Of a stretch of 64,000 bases of DNA, positions 47,467-61,300 are shown piece by piece. The DNA is from Dipteris shenzhenensis (lineage: Eukaryota): assembly GCA_047967505.1 (NCBI GenBank), contig CM106538.1; one strand, 5' to 3'. Below the pieces are notes generated by a model. That model worked only from the letters and a program-made list of their open reading frames with translations, was not told where the DNA came from and did not search any database. Numbering within the stretch: the stretch's first letter is position 1; every line of letters starts with the position of its first letter. A program made the position numbers and the translations under genes.

Positions 47467-47584
47467 TCCTCATGAGTCGATGTTGACCCAAGGATACCAA
47501 ACACTCTTAAGAAAAGATTGAGAGCTAGAAGATCAACATAATAGCCACATTGAGGAGGAGGACGCACTAAATGAGGATGAAGTA

Positions 47585-48900
47585 ATGCAAGACATGATAA
47601 ACACTTACTTTGATTCCCTCTCACCCCAAAGTGAAAGAGAAGAATATGTGGATGTGAATAGGGAGGATAGCATGAGTCCTAACATGGAGAAATTGCAACA
47701 TGAAGAAAGCACCATGTTGAATGAAGGGGCAAGAAAATCTTGTCTTATAGCCATTTTTCTAATCTTGAATTTACAAGCAACTTACGGATGGTTAGATACT
47801 AGCGTTTCATCCCTCTTTTAGTAAGATTTGTTACGTAGTCTAAAATATAGTTTCATGCATGTACTTCCAATTTGTTGCTTTGAATTCATTGAAAGGATAT
47901 ATGTCTTAGGTCACTACCTCCAAAAGGAAATACAATGCCCAACTCAAGAATGTGGATGCAAAGAAAATGTAGGCATCATTAGGAATGGATTACAAGTCAA
48001 TTCATGCATGTCCCAATGATTGCATTCTTTATGAAGAAGGAACATATGAGAACTCTATAACCTATTGACAATGTGGCACATCTCAATACCAACAAGACAC
48101 ACAAGGACAAAAGATTTTGGTAAAGGTAATATGACACATGATGATCTTAATGAGCATCGTGCACTTGTTTTATTGTGGATCATTATCTAGACTTATGGAT
48201 CAGCATTCTTGCAACTGCTCAATGAATGCAATATTAAGGATCCTATGGATGGAAAACCTTGGAGACATGTAGAGAAGAAATAGCCAGAGTTTGGGGCTTG
48301 AGCCTCATCATTTGTGTCTTGGGATGGCTATTGATGGTGTTGATCCTTTTGGACATCAGTCCACATCATGATCCACGTGGCCAATAATAGTGACACTATA
48401 CAATATTCCTCCTTAGATGACCATAAAGAAGGGGAATTCGACTTTGGAACTCATTGTACTGAGCAAGCACAAAGTGAGAAAAATGGATACATATCTTGCC
48501 CCTTCCGTGGATGAGCTATAATGGTTGTGTATCGAGCCCCTTTCATGGATGAGCTATAAAATTCCTAGAATGACATGTAGGTTTATGACATTTCAAAGCT
48601 TTTGGGTCAATGCCATTTTTGAGTAGAAGGCATTCTGTTGTGGACCATGCATGATTATCCTAGATTGCATGATTGCTCACGTACAAAATTTCTATTCCTT
48701 CTGATTCTCTTGTGCCACTGTGTTCTTGTTTCCCTTGTACATGATGTATATTGTGTCCTTGCATTTTAAAAGGTCTCCAAGTGTCTTGATTGTATGTCCA
48801 AATTGTGAATATAGTTTGTACACTCGATAATTAAAAGATATTTCAAAGATGGTATATGAGCAGCACATGTGGTTTCTTCCTATGGACTATCCATATTATG
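47585..48900 (+). pseudogene. CACTA/En-Spm Tnp2 (TnpD-like) transposase relic
   Basis: Across frames: IHACPNDCILY, DGKPW, LGMAIDGVDPFG, STWPII..LYNIPP, MDTYLAP.VDEL, LWTMHDYP. Confidence 0.85.
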
Positions 48901-49869
48901 TGGATCCCTATTTTGGCGAGCCATATTTAGATCCTATTCCTCTAGTCGTGAAATCCAAAGATTATGATCCTAAAGTCCAAACACCTCCAGTTGGCATGCA
49001 ATGTATCTTTAATAGGAATACAATTACAAAGTTACAGTCATACTTGTGATTATAGTTGCATTCACATAGTCTCTATATTTGCAAATGTGAGTATAATTAT
49101 AAGCAATGAGTGGTTATCTCTTGCATTGTTGGTTTGCTTAAGTGCCATGAATTTTTTATGTATGCATTAAATAAACGTTTGTAATGTTTCAAGTTCATGA
49201 ATGGTGCCCAATAATTGCTTGTTGTTTTCCACCATAGTAATGGACCACCCAAATGCCCAATAGTTTGAACCTCGCCCCTCTCCCCCATGTGGCCACCATA
49301 TCGCATGTGCACTACTACCATCAGATCTTATTTTGATGCTTTTCTTTGACACTTATTACTTATCTTTTTAGTGGAGAAGCCTTCTATCGATATTAGAGAT
49401 AAAAATATATAGCATTCGTATTCCTAAAATATTAGCACCAATATTAGCATCAATAATAGCAATTTCTATTGAGAATAGAGTTGATATTAGCATTAATATT
49501 TATATTAAAATGTCTCTAGAATAAAACACAACGTTTAAAACCTGTTGAAAAAAGCGTTGATATTCTAACAAGCTAGAATCTAGAATGTGTGGTGTTCCAC
49601 CCTTTGTGAATCACGTAGAAATTAAATCCAATTCAAAGTTTTTTACAACTAAAGTCAATGTTGTTCTGTGTAAAGAGAATACGATTGTTGGTTTATCAAT
49701 TAACATTTAAAGCAATGACAAACATTTTCAAAACTATTAAATTGTAATTGAGGCATCGTGACTAGAATATTCATCGTGGGATCTGTCATTCCCTCAATCA
49801 TCTGTGGCCAAGTCTCGCACATGTTCAGCATGTAGATTGAGGTCTCCAAAGTCAATATCTAAGAGCCCC

Positions 49870-50706
49870 TATGAGATGTGTGAAAATTATCATACCCATC
49901 ATACAAAGACACGTGCGATAGGACCACACAGATGCATATTTTTTTATCTCAAGGTATGAGACTTAGTTTCAAACAAGAAAATATGCATGCTTGACAATGT
50001 GAATGATATCAGATGGTCATCATACTTTAAGAGGCATGTGCAAAGTATTGTACACATCTGACAAAGGCACATGCATTAGGAACATGCCAATGCAAATTCT
50101 TTGATACTCACATATGAGACATGGTGAAAAATAAGAAATTATGCATACCCAATGATATAAATGGTATTCAATGGACATGATATTAAGCACGAGTCTTAAA
50201 AAAAATAAGATTAAGGTGTGTGCAAAGTATCGTACCCATTGGACAAAGCCACACACGATGAGAGCAAGAAAATGCATATTTTTGGATACTCAGGTGTGAG
50301 ACACGGTGGAAAATAAGAAAATATGCGTGCCCAACAATGCAAAAAGTGTTTGATGGGCATGATGCTTTGCATAAGACTTACACTCAATAAGAGTAAGGCT
50401 TGTACATGCTATCCTACCCATTTGACAAAGGCACATGTGATAGGAGCACACCAATGCATATTTTTTGATACTCATGTATGACATGTGGAAAACACAAAAA
50501 TATGCATGTCCAACCATGCAAATGATATCATATGGGCATGGTAATTTGAATAAGGTTAAGGTGTGTGCATGGTATTTCACACATGGACAAAGGAACTTGC
50601 AATAAGACTGCACCCATGGGTATTTCTTGATACACACATATGAGATGCAGTGAAAAATAAGAAAACATGCATACCTAATGATGAGGATGGTGTCGTATGG
50701 ACATGG
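49870..50706 (-). repeat. Diverged ~180-bp tandem repeat (reverse orientation relative to the main satellite)
   Basis: Recurring GTGCAAAGTAT..TACCCAT, CAAAGGCACATG and AAATATGCATGC motifs at ~180-bp spacing. Confidence 0.75.
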
Positions 50707-50978
50707 AAGCCTTTGCTTCGCACCTTCCACCTTCCACTAACTTGTTCACACACTAGTTGAGAATCTCCTTGCACCTCCAATTGCTTGGCATGATGTTCTT
50801 GTGCCTTTTGTAGCCCAAAAATGAGCGCCGAGTACTCAGCTTGATTGCAAGTACTTGCGGGCGAAGACTTGCTGTAACAAAACTCCTCACCACCCGGTGA
50901 AGTGAGCTTCACACCCACGCCAGCCGCCTTGGTCAAAGGTTTGTAAGCTCCATCAAATTGAAGAATCCAAGATGTCAT
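50707..50978 (-). pseudogene. Stand-alone archaeal-type RNase H ORF (ORF C), 3'-truncated
   Basis: MTSWILQFDGA...TCNQAEYSALIFGL...LEVQGDSQLVCEQVSGRWKV, then runs into repeat DNA. Confidence 0.85.
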
Positions 50979-51202
50979 CACACCAAGACTAGAATTCGGA
51001 CATCCCAAGTTTCTCGGTAGTCCAAGATAGGTAGGAGGAGAGGGTGGGGAGAATTCAACACTTGAGCCAAACGTTCAGCACCAAATAAACTTGCAATTCT
51101 TTGTTGATAGTTTATCTTAAGCCCAAAAAGAATTACAATTTGAAGCTCGAAATGAGGCACAAAAGGCTGATTAGGTACAAATGGATTCCTTGGTCGAAAC
51201 AT
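50978..51202 (-). CDS. Unknown 74-aa protein (ORF B)
   Basis: MFRPRNPFVPNQP...QQRIASLFGAERLA...TWDVRILVLV. Homologs at 15560-15786 and 18655-18845. ATG overlaps the upstream stop. Confidence 0.65.
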   Translation of the reverse strand: MFRPRNPFVPNQPFVPHFELQIVILFGLKINYQQRIASLFGAERLAQVLNSPHPLLLPILDYRETWDVRILVLV

Positions 51203-51612
51203 TACCAACCATAGCCAAGGCCTAGAAACCTTTGTAATGAGATTGTGAAATAACCATTCAGGACGAGCTTTTCCACAGGAATCAACAAGCAGATGCGCCA
51301 AATCTCCCCCCAAGCTTGGGGAACATCCCACCCTTCGAAGAAGGAAACTGTTTTGATTACCTCTGAAGCAGCAAGTAGTTCGATCACCGCACAATGAGTA
51401 GAAGTAAAGTCAAAATCCTCCCAGCGTATCAGTAGTTCGTCACCCTGAATCATCCACGGTGTGTCATTCCACCCGTCATCACCATCAATAATGCACTGGA
51501 CAATCAGCCGTTGAAGGTCGACATGAAGATCAAGGAATACATCTCGTGCATTGGTAGCCGTAAGGTGCGGAGGAACAGGCACCAATTCCTTAAACGCGTC
51601 GAGAAGTGACAT
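51202..51612 (-). CDS. Unknown 136-aa protein (ORF A)
   Basis: Intact ATG-to-TAA frame of ordinary complexity whose stop overlaps the ORF B start. Confidence 0.55.
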   Translation of the reverse strand: MSLLDAFKELVPVPPHLTATNARDVFLDLHVDLQRLIVQCIIDGDDGWNDTPWMIQGDELLIRWEDFDFTSTHCAVIELLAASEVIKTVSFFEGWDVPQAWGEIWRICLLIPVEKLVLNGYFTISLQRFLGLGYGW

Positions 51613-53239
51613 AAATGTCCACCCTTCTCGTGAGGCGTGCGTCCGTGAAGTGGGCTTGGAGAAGTTCTGAATTGGCGATCTAGCAAGAGAAGTGGATAGA
51701 GAACATAAAATGAAATATTTTTGCTTTTTACAACAAGAGCAAACTCCTTATGGTTAGAGAGTTACAGCTCCCGCAATTTCAATATATGAACAAAAATCAT
51801 GACATTTTTACCACTTCCAACTTGTTGGCCCAATGATAAGACTTTCTTTTGTGAAGGGGAGGTCTTGGGTTCCAATCCTACTCTTTAATAAAAAGAGAGG
51901 AGAGGAGAGGAGAAGGAGAAGAGAAAGAGAAGAAGAAGAAGAGAAGAGATAGGGGGGCGCGGGATCTGCTGTTACTCTTTTGCAGGGGCTTAGGAAATAG
52001 TCCGCGACCAGAGCAGTCGAGAGAACTGTCGCATAGAAAACTGACCACAACTAGAAGTCGCGGCAGTCCAGAGAACTGTCCGCAACCAGAAATCGCAGCA
52101 GTCCAGAGAACTGAAGCGCAGGAACGAAGCGAATGCACGTGCAGTAGCTTAGAAAGAGCACAGATGGTATAGTTTTGTTGATGTAACCCGTACGAATAGA
52201 AGATTCACCACCAGCCATGGAGATTCGTATCCCAGCAGCCACACCAAAACTTTTAGCCGGAAAAGAAACCGAGACCAAAGGCTAGAGACTAAGTATGGCG
52301 ACGCTCAAAGGCCATAGAGAAAAGGAGATTACGAGGGCGAAGGGATGTCATAGGGGTGAATAAGGAATTAGAAGTGGAGGGAAGGAAAAGGGAGACTATG
52401 ACACAAGGGGAAAGGGAGAGTGGGAAGAGAAGCAAGTACATGATAGGAAGAGGAATGTTGAGATGTAGACATCAAGGGAAGTGAACCATACTTTATTGGA
52501 AAGGAGGGATGAGAGGGAAATATCAAAATACTAGCTAGGTGGCTTTACAAGAATGAGCGTGTCCCATCAAGGAATTGCCCCTTCCTTTTATAGCCAAAAG
52601 AGGGGGTCTCTCCACATTAATGTATCCTCCCACATGCATGGCATGTGTGGAAAAGTCTCCCATGTGGGCTAGGTGGGTACGCACTCTCAATTGTATGCAA
52701 CAACCCTTTGCCTCAATTTTCCACATAAATCAAGCCCCATATCTCAAGTCTTTGATACTCCCTTGGTCTCTTTCCAATTTTATAATAGGTTCAAACCTCT
52801 AGGAGGACAAGTGGAGGGTTGGCACAAGGAATCTTGCCACCTCATCCTACTTTCCCCATTATTTAACTAGCTCTCTTTGTCCTTCTATACCTCCCCCACA
52901 TGGGCCTATCCCATATGGAGGGAATAACTCAATATAATAGCCATCTCCACCCATTTTATATTGCTTCTCACATGGACTTTGAGCCATATCTCAATTATTG
53001 CATCCTAGGTGGAGGGGTGGCACATGGAGGAGCCATGCCACCTTGCATTTTATAATATTACTATTATGGATTATGTACAACACACCTTATAGGTCCTCTT
53101 ACATGGAAGGGTGGCACATGGTCATGCCTTGCCACCTCAACCTTGGGACCTATGCACACCATATTTGATTATACTATTGCCACACATACAAACACACATA
53201 CATATTAATGCCTTTTTCCTTAGACAATTTTATCCATAA

Positions 53240-56120
53240 CAATACCCAGGTATGAGCCGTGGTGGAAAAATTAAAAATATGTATGTCAAACAATGCGAAT
53301 GGTATAGAATGGGCATGATACTTTTCATGGGATTTAAAGTGAATAATATTAAATTGTTTGCAAAGTATCATATCCATCAAACAAAGGCACATGCAATGGG
53401 AGCTAGAAATGTGTATTTTTTGATACTCAGGTATGAGATGCAGTGGAAAGCAAAACAATAAGCATGCCAAGGATGCAAATGGTGGCCGATGGATATGATA
53501 CTTTGCACAAGAATTAAATCAGATAATATTAAGGCATTTGAAAAGTATCATACCCATACAACAAAGACAACAAAGAAAATAAAGAAAGACATACAACAAA
53601 GACAACAAGAGCATGATGATGCATATTTTTGATACTCTTGTACAAGCGACATAGTGGAAAAAAAGAAAATATGCATGCGCAATTATGTAAATGGTAACCT
53701 ATGGGTACAATACTTTGCATGAGTATTATAGTAAATAACTTTAAGTCATGATGCTAAGTATTGTACCCATACAACAAAGCTACATGCGATAGGACCACAC
53801 CGGTGGGTATTTTTGGATAGTCATGTATGAGACGTGGTGGAAAACAACAAAATATGCATGCCCAATGTTGGAAGTGGTTTTTGATGGACATGAAAATTTT
53901 CACCGTACTTAAATTGAATATTATTAAGGCATGTGCAAAGTATTATATGATGGGGCAAGCAAATGCATATTTTTTGATTACTCAAGTATGAGATGAGATG
54001 GAAAATAAGAAAATAAGCATGCACCAATGATGCAAAGGGTGTTTCATGGTTTATCACTTTACACATGACTTAAATTTAATAAGATTAAGATGTGTGCAAA
54101 GAATTTTATGCATCTGACAAAGTAGCGTGCAACAGGAGCACACCGATGCATATTTTCCTCATACTTAGATCTGAGACGAGGTGGAAAATAAGAAAATATG
54201 CATGCCCAACAATGTGAATGGTGTATCATAGACATAGACATGGTAATGCAAATGACCCTTAAAGTAAATAGAATTAAGGCATATGAAAGTAGGTGTGTAT
54301 TTTCTGATACTCAAGTATGAGATGTGGCATAAAATAGGAAAATATGCATGCCCAACGATGCAAATGGTTCCCTATGGGTATGATACTTTGCAAAATAACT
54401 CAAGTGACTGATATTAAGGCATGTGCAAATTTTTTTACCCATCCAAAAAATGCACATATGATAGGATCATGCCGATGTATATTTTTTCAATACTCATGAT
54501 GCAAATGGTGCCCTATGGGTATGATACTTTGCAAAATAACTCAAGTAATCGATATTAAGGCATGTGCAAATTTTTTTACCCATCCAAAACATGCACATAT
54601 GATAGGATCATGCCGATTTATTTTTTTTGATACTCATATATGAGGTGTGGTGAAAAACAAGAAGTGTGCAAAGTGTCATACCCATCATACAATGGCACAT
54701 GTGATACAAGCATGACGATGCACATTTTTTGCTACTCATGAAGGAAACATGGTGGAAACTAAGAAGATATTCATTCCCAATGATGCAAACCATATATTAT
54801 GGAAATTATAGTCTTCATGGGCATTAAATTGGATAATATTAAGTCATGTGCAAAGTACCATACCTATTCGACAAAGGCACATGCAATAGGATCATGATGA
54901 TGTGTATTTTGTCACACTCATGTATAAGACACAATGGAAAATAAGAAAATATGCATGCCCAACATGCAAATGGTATATGATGGGTATGATAGTTTGAACA
55001 AGAATTAAATAATATAGAGTAAGATGTGTGCAAAGTATTGTACCCATTCGCCAAAGGCACAAGCAATAGGACCATGATGGGTGTATTTTTTGATACTCAA
55101 GAATGAGACATGGTGGAAAACATGAAAATATGCATGCCCAGTTATGGAAATGATGTCCAACAAACATGATACACTGCACCGGATTCGAAGTGAATAAGAT
55201 TACTTCATGGTCAAAGTATTATACCCAGCCGTGACAAAGGCACATGCAATGGGAGTAAGCGGATGCATATTTTTTATACTACACTTCAGGCATGAGAGAC
55301 ACAGTGAAAAACAAGAACATAAGCATGTGCGATGATGAAAATGGTGTCTAATGAGCATGATACTTTGCATGGGCCTTAAAGTGAATAAGGTTAAGTAATG
55401 TGAAAAAATATCATACCCATCCAAAAAAGGCACATGCAATAGGAGCATGCCGATGCATATTTTTTTATACATAGGTATGAGACACAGTAGGAAACATGAA
55501 AATATGCATGTCCAATGGTGCAAACGGTATGATACTTTGCATGGGACTTAAAATTAATAATATTAAGGTGTTTATAAAGACTTGTACCCATTCAAATACT
55601 GCAAATGTGATAAGACTACACCGATTGATATTTTATGATACTTAGGTATGAGATGTAGTGGTGGAAAATAATAAAATATGCACGTTCAACTATGCGAATG
55701 ACATAAGATGGGCATGACACTTTGCATAGGCCTTAAAGTGATAAATATTAAGTGGTGTGCAAATTATTGTCTACATCTACAAGAGAAACATGCAATAGCT
55801 AAATGCCAATTTTTGATACTAACGAATGAAACGCGGTGGGGAAAAAGAAAATATGTATGTCCAACAATGAAAATGATATAGGATGGGCATGAAACTTTGT
55901 ACAATCATCAAAGTGAATAATATTAAGGAGTGTAGGAATTATAGTACCCATCGGAAAAACACACATATAATGGGAGTAAGAAATTGCGTATATTTGATAC
56001 TCAAGTATGAAATAGAAAATGTGTATAGTTTGATACTCAAGAATGAGATATGGTGGAAAAAATAGAAAATAAGCATGCCCAACAATGCATACAATGTTTG
56101 ATGGGTATAATACATCGCAC
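53240..56120 (-). repeat. Diverged ~180-bp tandem array, continuation of 49870-50706
   Basis: ATGGG.ATGATACTTTGCA ... TGCAAAGTA...TACCCAT units at ~180-bp spacing (e.g. 54848 and 55028). Confidence 0.8.
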
Positions 56121-57486
56121 AAGCACTACAAGGCATAGGCCCTTTTTCGATAAAAATACCGATGCTTTTTACATTAAATTTTTTTTTTTAAATGGGCGCA
56201 AACATCGTTATTAAAGTCGTTAAAAGCGTCAAAAAAGAAGCGTCGCTATATAGCGACGCTGATAAATGTCGCTATATAGCGACACTGGTAAACGTCGCTA
56301 TTTAGCGACGATTAACAGAACTTAAAAAAAAGTATTAGTGGGGCTAAACAGGACCATAGCAAGCCCTCTTTTGCTAATTTTTTTTTTTAAATGGGCGCAA
56401 ACATCGTTATTAAAGTCGTTAAAAGCATCAAAAAAGAAGCGTCGCTATATAGCGACGCTGATAAACATCGCTATATAGTGACACTAGTAAACGTCGCTAT
56501 TTAGCGACGATTAATAGAACTTAAAAAAAAGTATTAGTGGGGCTAAACAGGGCCATAGCAAGCCCTATTTTGCCCCACTAATGCTTTTTTTTAAATATAA
56601 TTACAAAAAAAAGTTTTTTATTACAAAATCTCCCTTGCGAAAAGGGTGATACAAAATGACTCAAATGAAATGATCGAGCAACAAAAGCATATACATGTCA
56701 AACATATACAACATTGTTTGTTACAAAATTACCCTTTCAAAAAGGGTGATACAAAATCGCTCAAACGAGCGGACATACAAAATGACATACATGGTGAAGT
56801 ATATGCAAACTGTTACTACTACTACTACTCATTCGAATCGTCCACGTCGTCCTTGTCCTTGTCCTCATCTTGTTGACCTTGGTCCTTGTGAGCTGTGCCT
56901 TCTCCCTATTCCTTGTCACGTGCGTCTGATCCTTGGCCCTGGTGATTGCTCGCCTCCGGTGATGGGACACTTGAGCTTGCACCTTAAGAGTGAACCATAT
57001 AAATTGAAAATTATATTGGAACTTAAAGAATAAAACAATTTAAAAAGTGAGATTACAAGTAGGAGTAGACTTATACCATCTGAATAGCCACCTCAACCCA
57101 ATCAACCGTTGCTCCCATTGCCTCTTGCTCAATAAACCACGGCTTTGTTCCTATGCAAAACGCACGTCACATCTCTGCATCTGTAGGAAGATGACCCATC
57201 ACAGCTTGCTGTGGATCCAATTTACGAGAGTTAGAGTTAGATAAAGTGCATGTAAGATAGTGCATGTAAGATGTAGTAAAACAAATAGAACGATACATTA
57301 AATGAGAAGAAGTAGACTTACCATGGTTGCCTCGAATGCCAGCCGTATGCCTGCACTAAAGTGCGAAGTACCTACATTGTCCAGCCATCTCTTCGCAGCC
57401 CTCTTCTGACCCTTGAACATATTGGGATGGTCCCTATTCTGCTTCTTGAAGAACTTCCAATCAGCTTTGTCTACCTAGCTAGGTTT

Positions 57487-57842
57487 TGTTGAGATATCGA
57501 GCTCCACTCAAGATATGCCAGGGTGACCGTTGGTGGATACTTATGTCACCGACTTGTTAGCTAGAGATGCGGTTGGTACACCGCCCATGAATAATAGCTG
57601 GATGACAGCTATCCTTATCTACACTAGTTCGTGGCTCAGTTAGTATGCCACCTTAGTTAGTTGAGTTTGGTTTGAGACCCACATATAGGGTTCTTCTATT
57701 TCTTTGTACTTGAGTTCTTTTGGCTTTCACAACTAAGAAGAGGAAAACTGTTTTCAGCCTCCACCTTTGTGTGTATTCCCCCATTTGTGATTGTGAGAAA
57801 GCCGCAAGTGAGACTCCTTCCCTCTCTCCCACTATCTTCACA
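57487..57842 (+). repeat. Copia-4 5' LTR
   Basis: Direct repeat of 62966-63318. Confidence 0.97.
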
Positions 57843-58386
57843 TGGTATCAGAGCCTTGTTTGTGGTAAGGAGCTCAAGAAAGCAAGCCAAGTTCGTGGTG
57901 TCCTGGTAAGAGGACCAGTGTTGCTTTCCTATTTCGAGTTTGGGAGCAAATCTCTGCAGGTAGCACAGCCAGAAGTGCAGGAGTGCACTGTTTCAGATTG
58001 AGACGCCCTTCGCGGTGTGGCGAGAGTGCAGTATATGCTACGGGAGAGGGCAAAACCCTTAGTGACTTTATTTTTCTGATTTGAGGCCGTTTCGGGGCCC
58101 GTTTTGAAGGCGGAAGTTCTTCGCAGGCACTCAGAAAAAGGCCCTGTTTTTTGCTGTGCGACCACTGCGCGGCTAGTCGGTGGAAAGGTGCCGCAGAAAT
58201 TGCATCGTATGCCTGTGTGCAGAGATATTGGGAGTTGCAGATTCATGCCTATTGCCTGTTGATGCAAAATCGTCACTAGGAAGTGACTGTGTGGTGAAAT
58301 ACCACTCTCGTCGGTTTTGCAGATCTGCCCGTGTGAGGCAAAAGCTGTGTTTTTTGCAGTGACATAATATTTTGCAGTGTTCTGTA

Positions 58387-61300
58387 ATGGCATCTGATTC
58401 TCTTTCACAGATTGTCACTGAAAAGCTTGACAAGAACAACTTCCAGGCATGGAAGTTTAGAATGACGAATTTCTTGATGGGAAAAGGCTATTGGGAATTC
58501 ATTACAGGAAATGAAGAAGAACCTGTTCTTCCTAATGTTCCCAGTCAACAGGAAATGCAAGCATTCAAAGGATGGCATGAGAGAGCCAGGAAAGTTATGT
58601 ACTGGCTGTCTATCAGTATTTCGGACTCCATGATTGTGCATATTCAGGATGCAAATACGCCAAAGGAATCATGGGATACTTTGGCAAAAATGTATAGCAC
58701 AAATACGCAAGCCAGGAAAATGCAACTCAAACAAGAGTTGCACAATGTGCAGAGAGAAAATTTGAGCATAAATGACTACCACATGAAAGTGAAGAAAATT
58801 GCAGATGCACTTGCTTCCATTGGGTCGCCAGTGGATGATGATGATTTGGTTTCTGTGACCTTGAATGGTCTAGGAAAGGATTATGCACAGTTCCGGACAT
58901 CCATTGCCGTCCGTGAAAACTTTCCTGATTTTGAGGAGTTGATTGCTCTTCTAATTTCTAAAGAGCAGAGAAATGGGGGTGCATCTTCTTCAGCAGGAAC
59001 TTCAAAAGAAACTGTCTTCTACTCAAATGCTGGCAGAGGTAGAGGCAGAGGTAGAGGAGGCCGATCTGCAGGCCGTGGTGGAAATCAGAATATGCAGCAA
59101 AGGCAAGAAAACCAGTCCTATGCAGGAGGACGTGGGAACTCTAGAGGCAGGGGGAGCCAAAGAGGCCGTGGTGGATGGCAGAGAGGCCAAAATGCAAACA
59201 GCAATATTGAATGCTACTATTGTGGCAAAATGGGTCATATGGCTAAGGACTGCTATAAAAAGCAGAATGACATTATGAATGGAAAATTGCAGCAAGGCAA
59301 TTATGCATCCTCTAGTAGACAGGGTGATGACAGAAATGAGCATTTGTTTATGGTGCAGCATAGGACAAATTCTGTAACAAGTTCAGAAGAAAGCAATGAT
59401 GTGTGGTATGTTGACTCGGGTTCGTCAAACCACATGACAGGTCACGCTGAATAGATGCAGGATGCAAGAAAAATGGAAAAACCAGGATTTGTGGAGACTG
59501 GTGATGATACTGCACATCCTATTGTGCAGATTGGCAAAATTCCTTTGTCTATGCAGGATGGGAAAAAGAAATACTTGTCTGATGTATTTCATGTCCCGAA
59601 CATCACCAAGAACCTGGTTTCTGTTGGTCAGATGGTTGAGCAGGGCTTGCAGGTCAGATTTAATCCTCATGGATGCTTTGTTGAGGATATGAAAAATAAT
59701 GGTCGCTTGATAGCAAAAGGAAAGAAGAAGGGCAAGATGTTTACATTGGATGCAGACATGCCTGAATTGAGTGCAGCAATGTTTGCACATGGGACCGGTG
59801 TAGTTGCAAATATTGATATCTGGCACAAACGCATTGGTCATGTTAATATACAGCGACTTAAATCAATGCAAGCCCAAAATATTGTTGCAGGATTGCCAAA
59901 ATTCAAGGTTGCAGAAATGCACAAGATTTGTGAAGCCTGTCAATTTGGGAAACAGACAAGGAAACCTTTTCCTAGGCATGTTCAAGAGAGTAAAAAGCCA
60001 TTGGAAGTAATCCACTCTGATGTGTGGACTACAAAAGCTGCATCTATTGGAGGCTGTCACTATTTTGTCACATTTATTGATGACTTCAGCAGAAAACTGT
60101 GGGTGTATTTTATGAAAAAGAAAAGTGAAGTGTTTGGGCACTTCAAAGCTTTCAAAGCTATGGTTGAAAAAGAAACAGGCCTGCAAATAAAATGCCTAAG
60201 GTCAGATGGAGGGGGAGAGTACCTCTCAAATGAGTTTGCAAGGTTCTTGTAGGAGCATGGTATAAAGCAGCAATATTCATGCAGTCATACCCCACAGCAA
60301 AATGGAATTGCAGAAAGAAAAAACAGGCATATTGGAGAGGTATCTCGGGCTATGCTAAATGAAAAAGATCTACCAGATTATTATTGGGCTGAAGCAGTTG
60401 CTACAGCAGTCTATATAATGAACAGGACTCCCACTGCAGCAATACATGGCATGACGCCAGAGGAGATGTATACTGGTAGGAAACCAGATATTTCTCATTT
60501 GAAGATTTTTGGTTGCATTGCTTATGTCCATGTGCCAGGGAGTTGAGGTCCAAGTTGGATCCAAAAGCTGAGAAGTGCATCTTTATTGGTTATTCTCTAT
60601 AGCAGAAAGGGTATAGATGCTATAACCCTTCTACACGTAAGTTCACAGTGAGCAGAGATGTTGTTTTTGATGAGATGAGCAGCTGGTATAAAGCAGTAAA
60701 TGTGATGATTGATGTAGATGCACAAAATGGTAATGCTGCACAGAATGCACAGCAGCAATCACAAAATATCAGTGGACCTGGAGTGTCCTCTACCAGTGGT
60801 TCACATACTTCCCCATGGACAGGCAGATTGAGATCAGGAGAATCCCCTCAAAGCAATGCAGATAGTGGTACGCAGGTATCACGAAAAGGAAAAGAGAAGG
60901 TAGATCAACCCATGTTTGATGTGAATGCAAGTCACTCTTATGTGGATGGTGAGTCCAGTGGCTTAGAACAGAGCATTGATGATGAGTTGGGTATTCCTTC
61001 TGTTGTTACACCTGGAACTCGGGGGGGTCACTATGTATAAACCCTCTATATCACGTGCGTTCAAGGCCTATATTTAAAGTCCCTTATATGTAAAAATTTT
61101 CATTAATAAAATGTACCCCTTTTCTATACAAATCTGTAAATTTTTTCCAAACCTATTTTAAATAGTCCCTTATGTATATTTATTTCTGTAAATTTTAGAA
61201 ATAAAAAAAATCCTTCTGTTGAACTCACGTGATAGGGTTACATATGATGAGTGACCCCCCCGAGACCTGGAATAAGGAAGACTAGGGATGTTTTGAGAGC

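Larger units (their letters stand above)
50707..53186 (-). mobile_element. 5' fragment of a Gypsy-related element (putative LTR plus three coupled ORFs) lying within the diverged repeat
   Basis: TATA-like CTATAAAAGG (rc ~52585-52594) and CCACATG-rich segment resemble 16860-17400; ORF homology to 15560-15786. Both boundaries are approximate. Confidence 0.55.

Noticed and set aside
49305-49375. CACTA-like termini (CACTACTAC at ~49310, TTTTAGTG at ~49373) for the Tnp2 relic
   Set aside because: No matching partner TIR, TSD or clear subterminal repeats.
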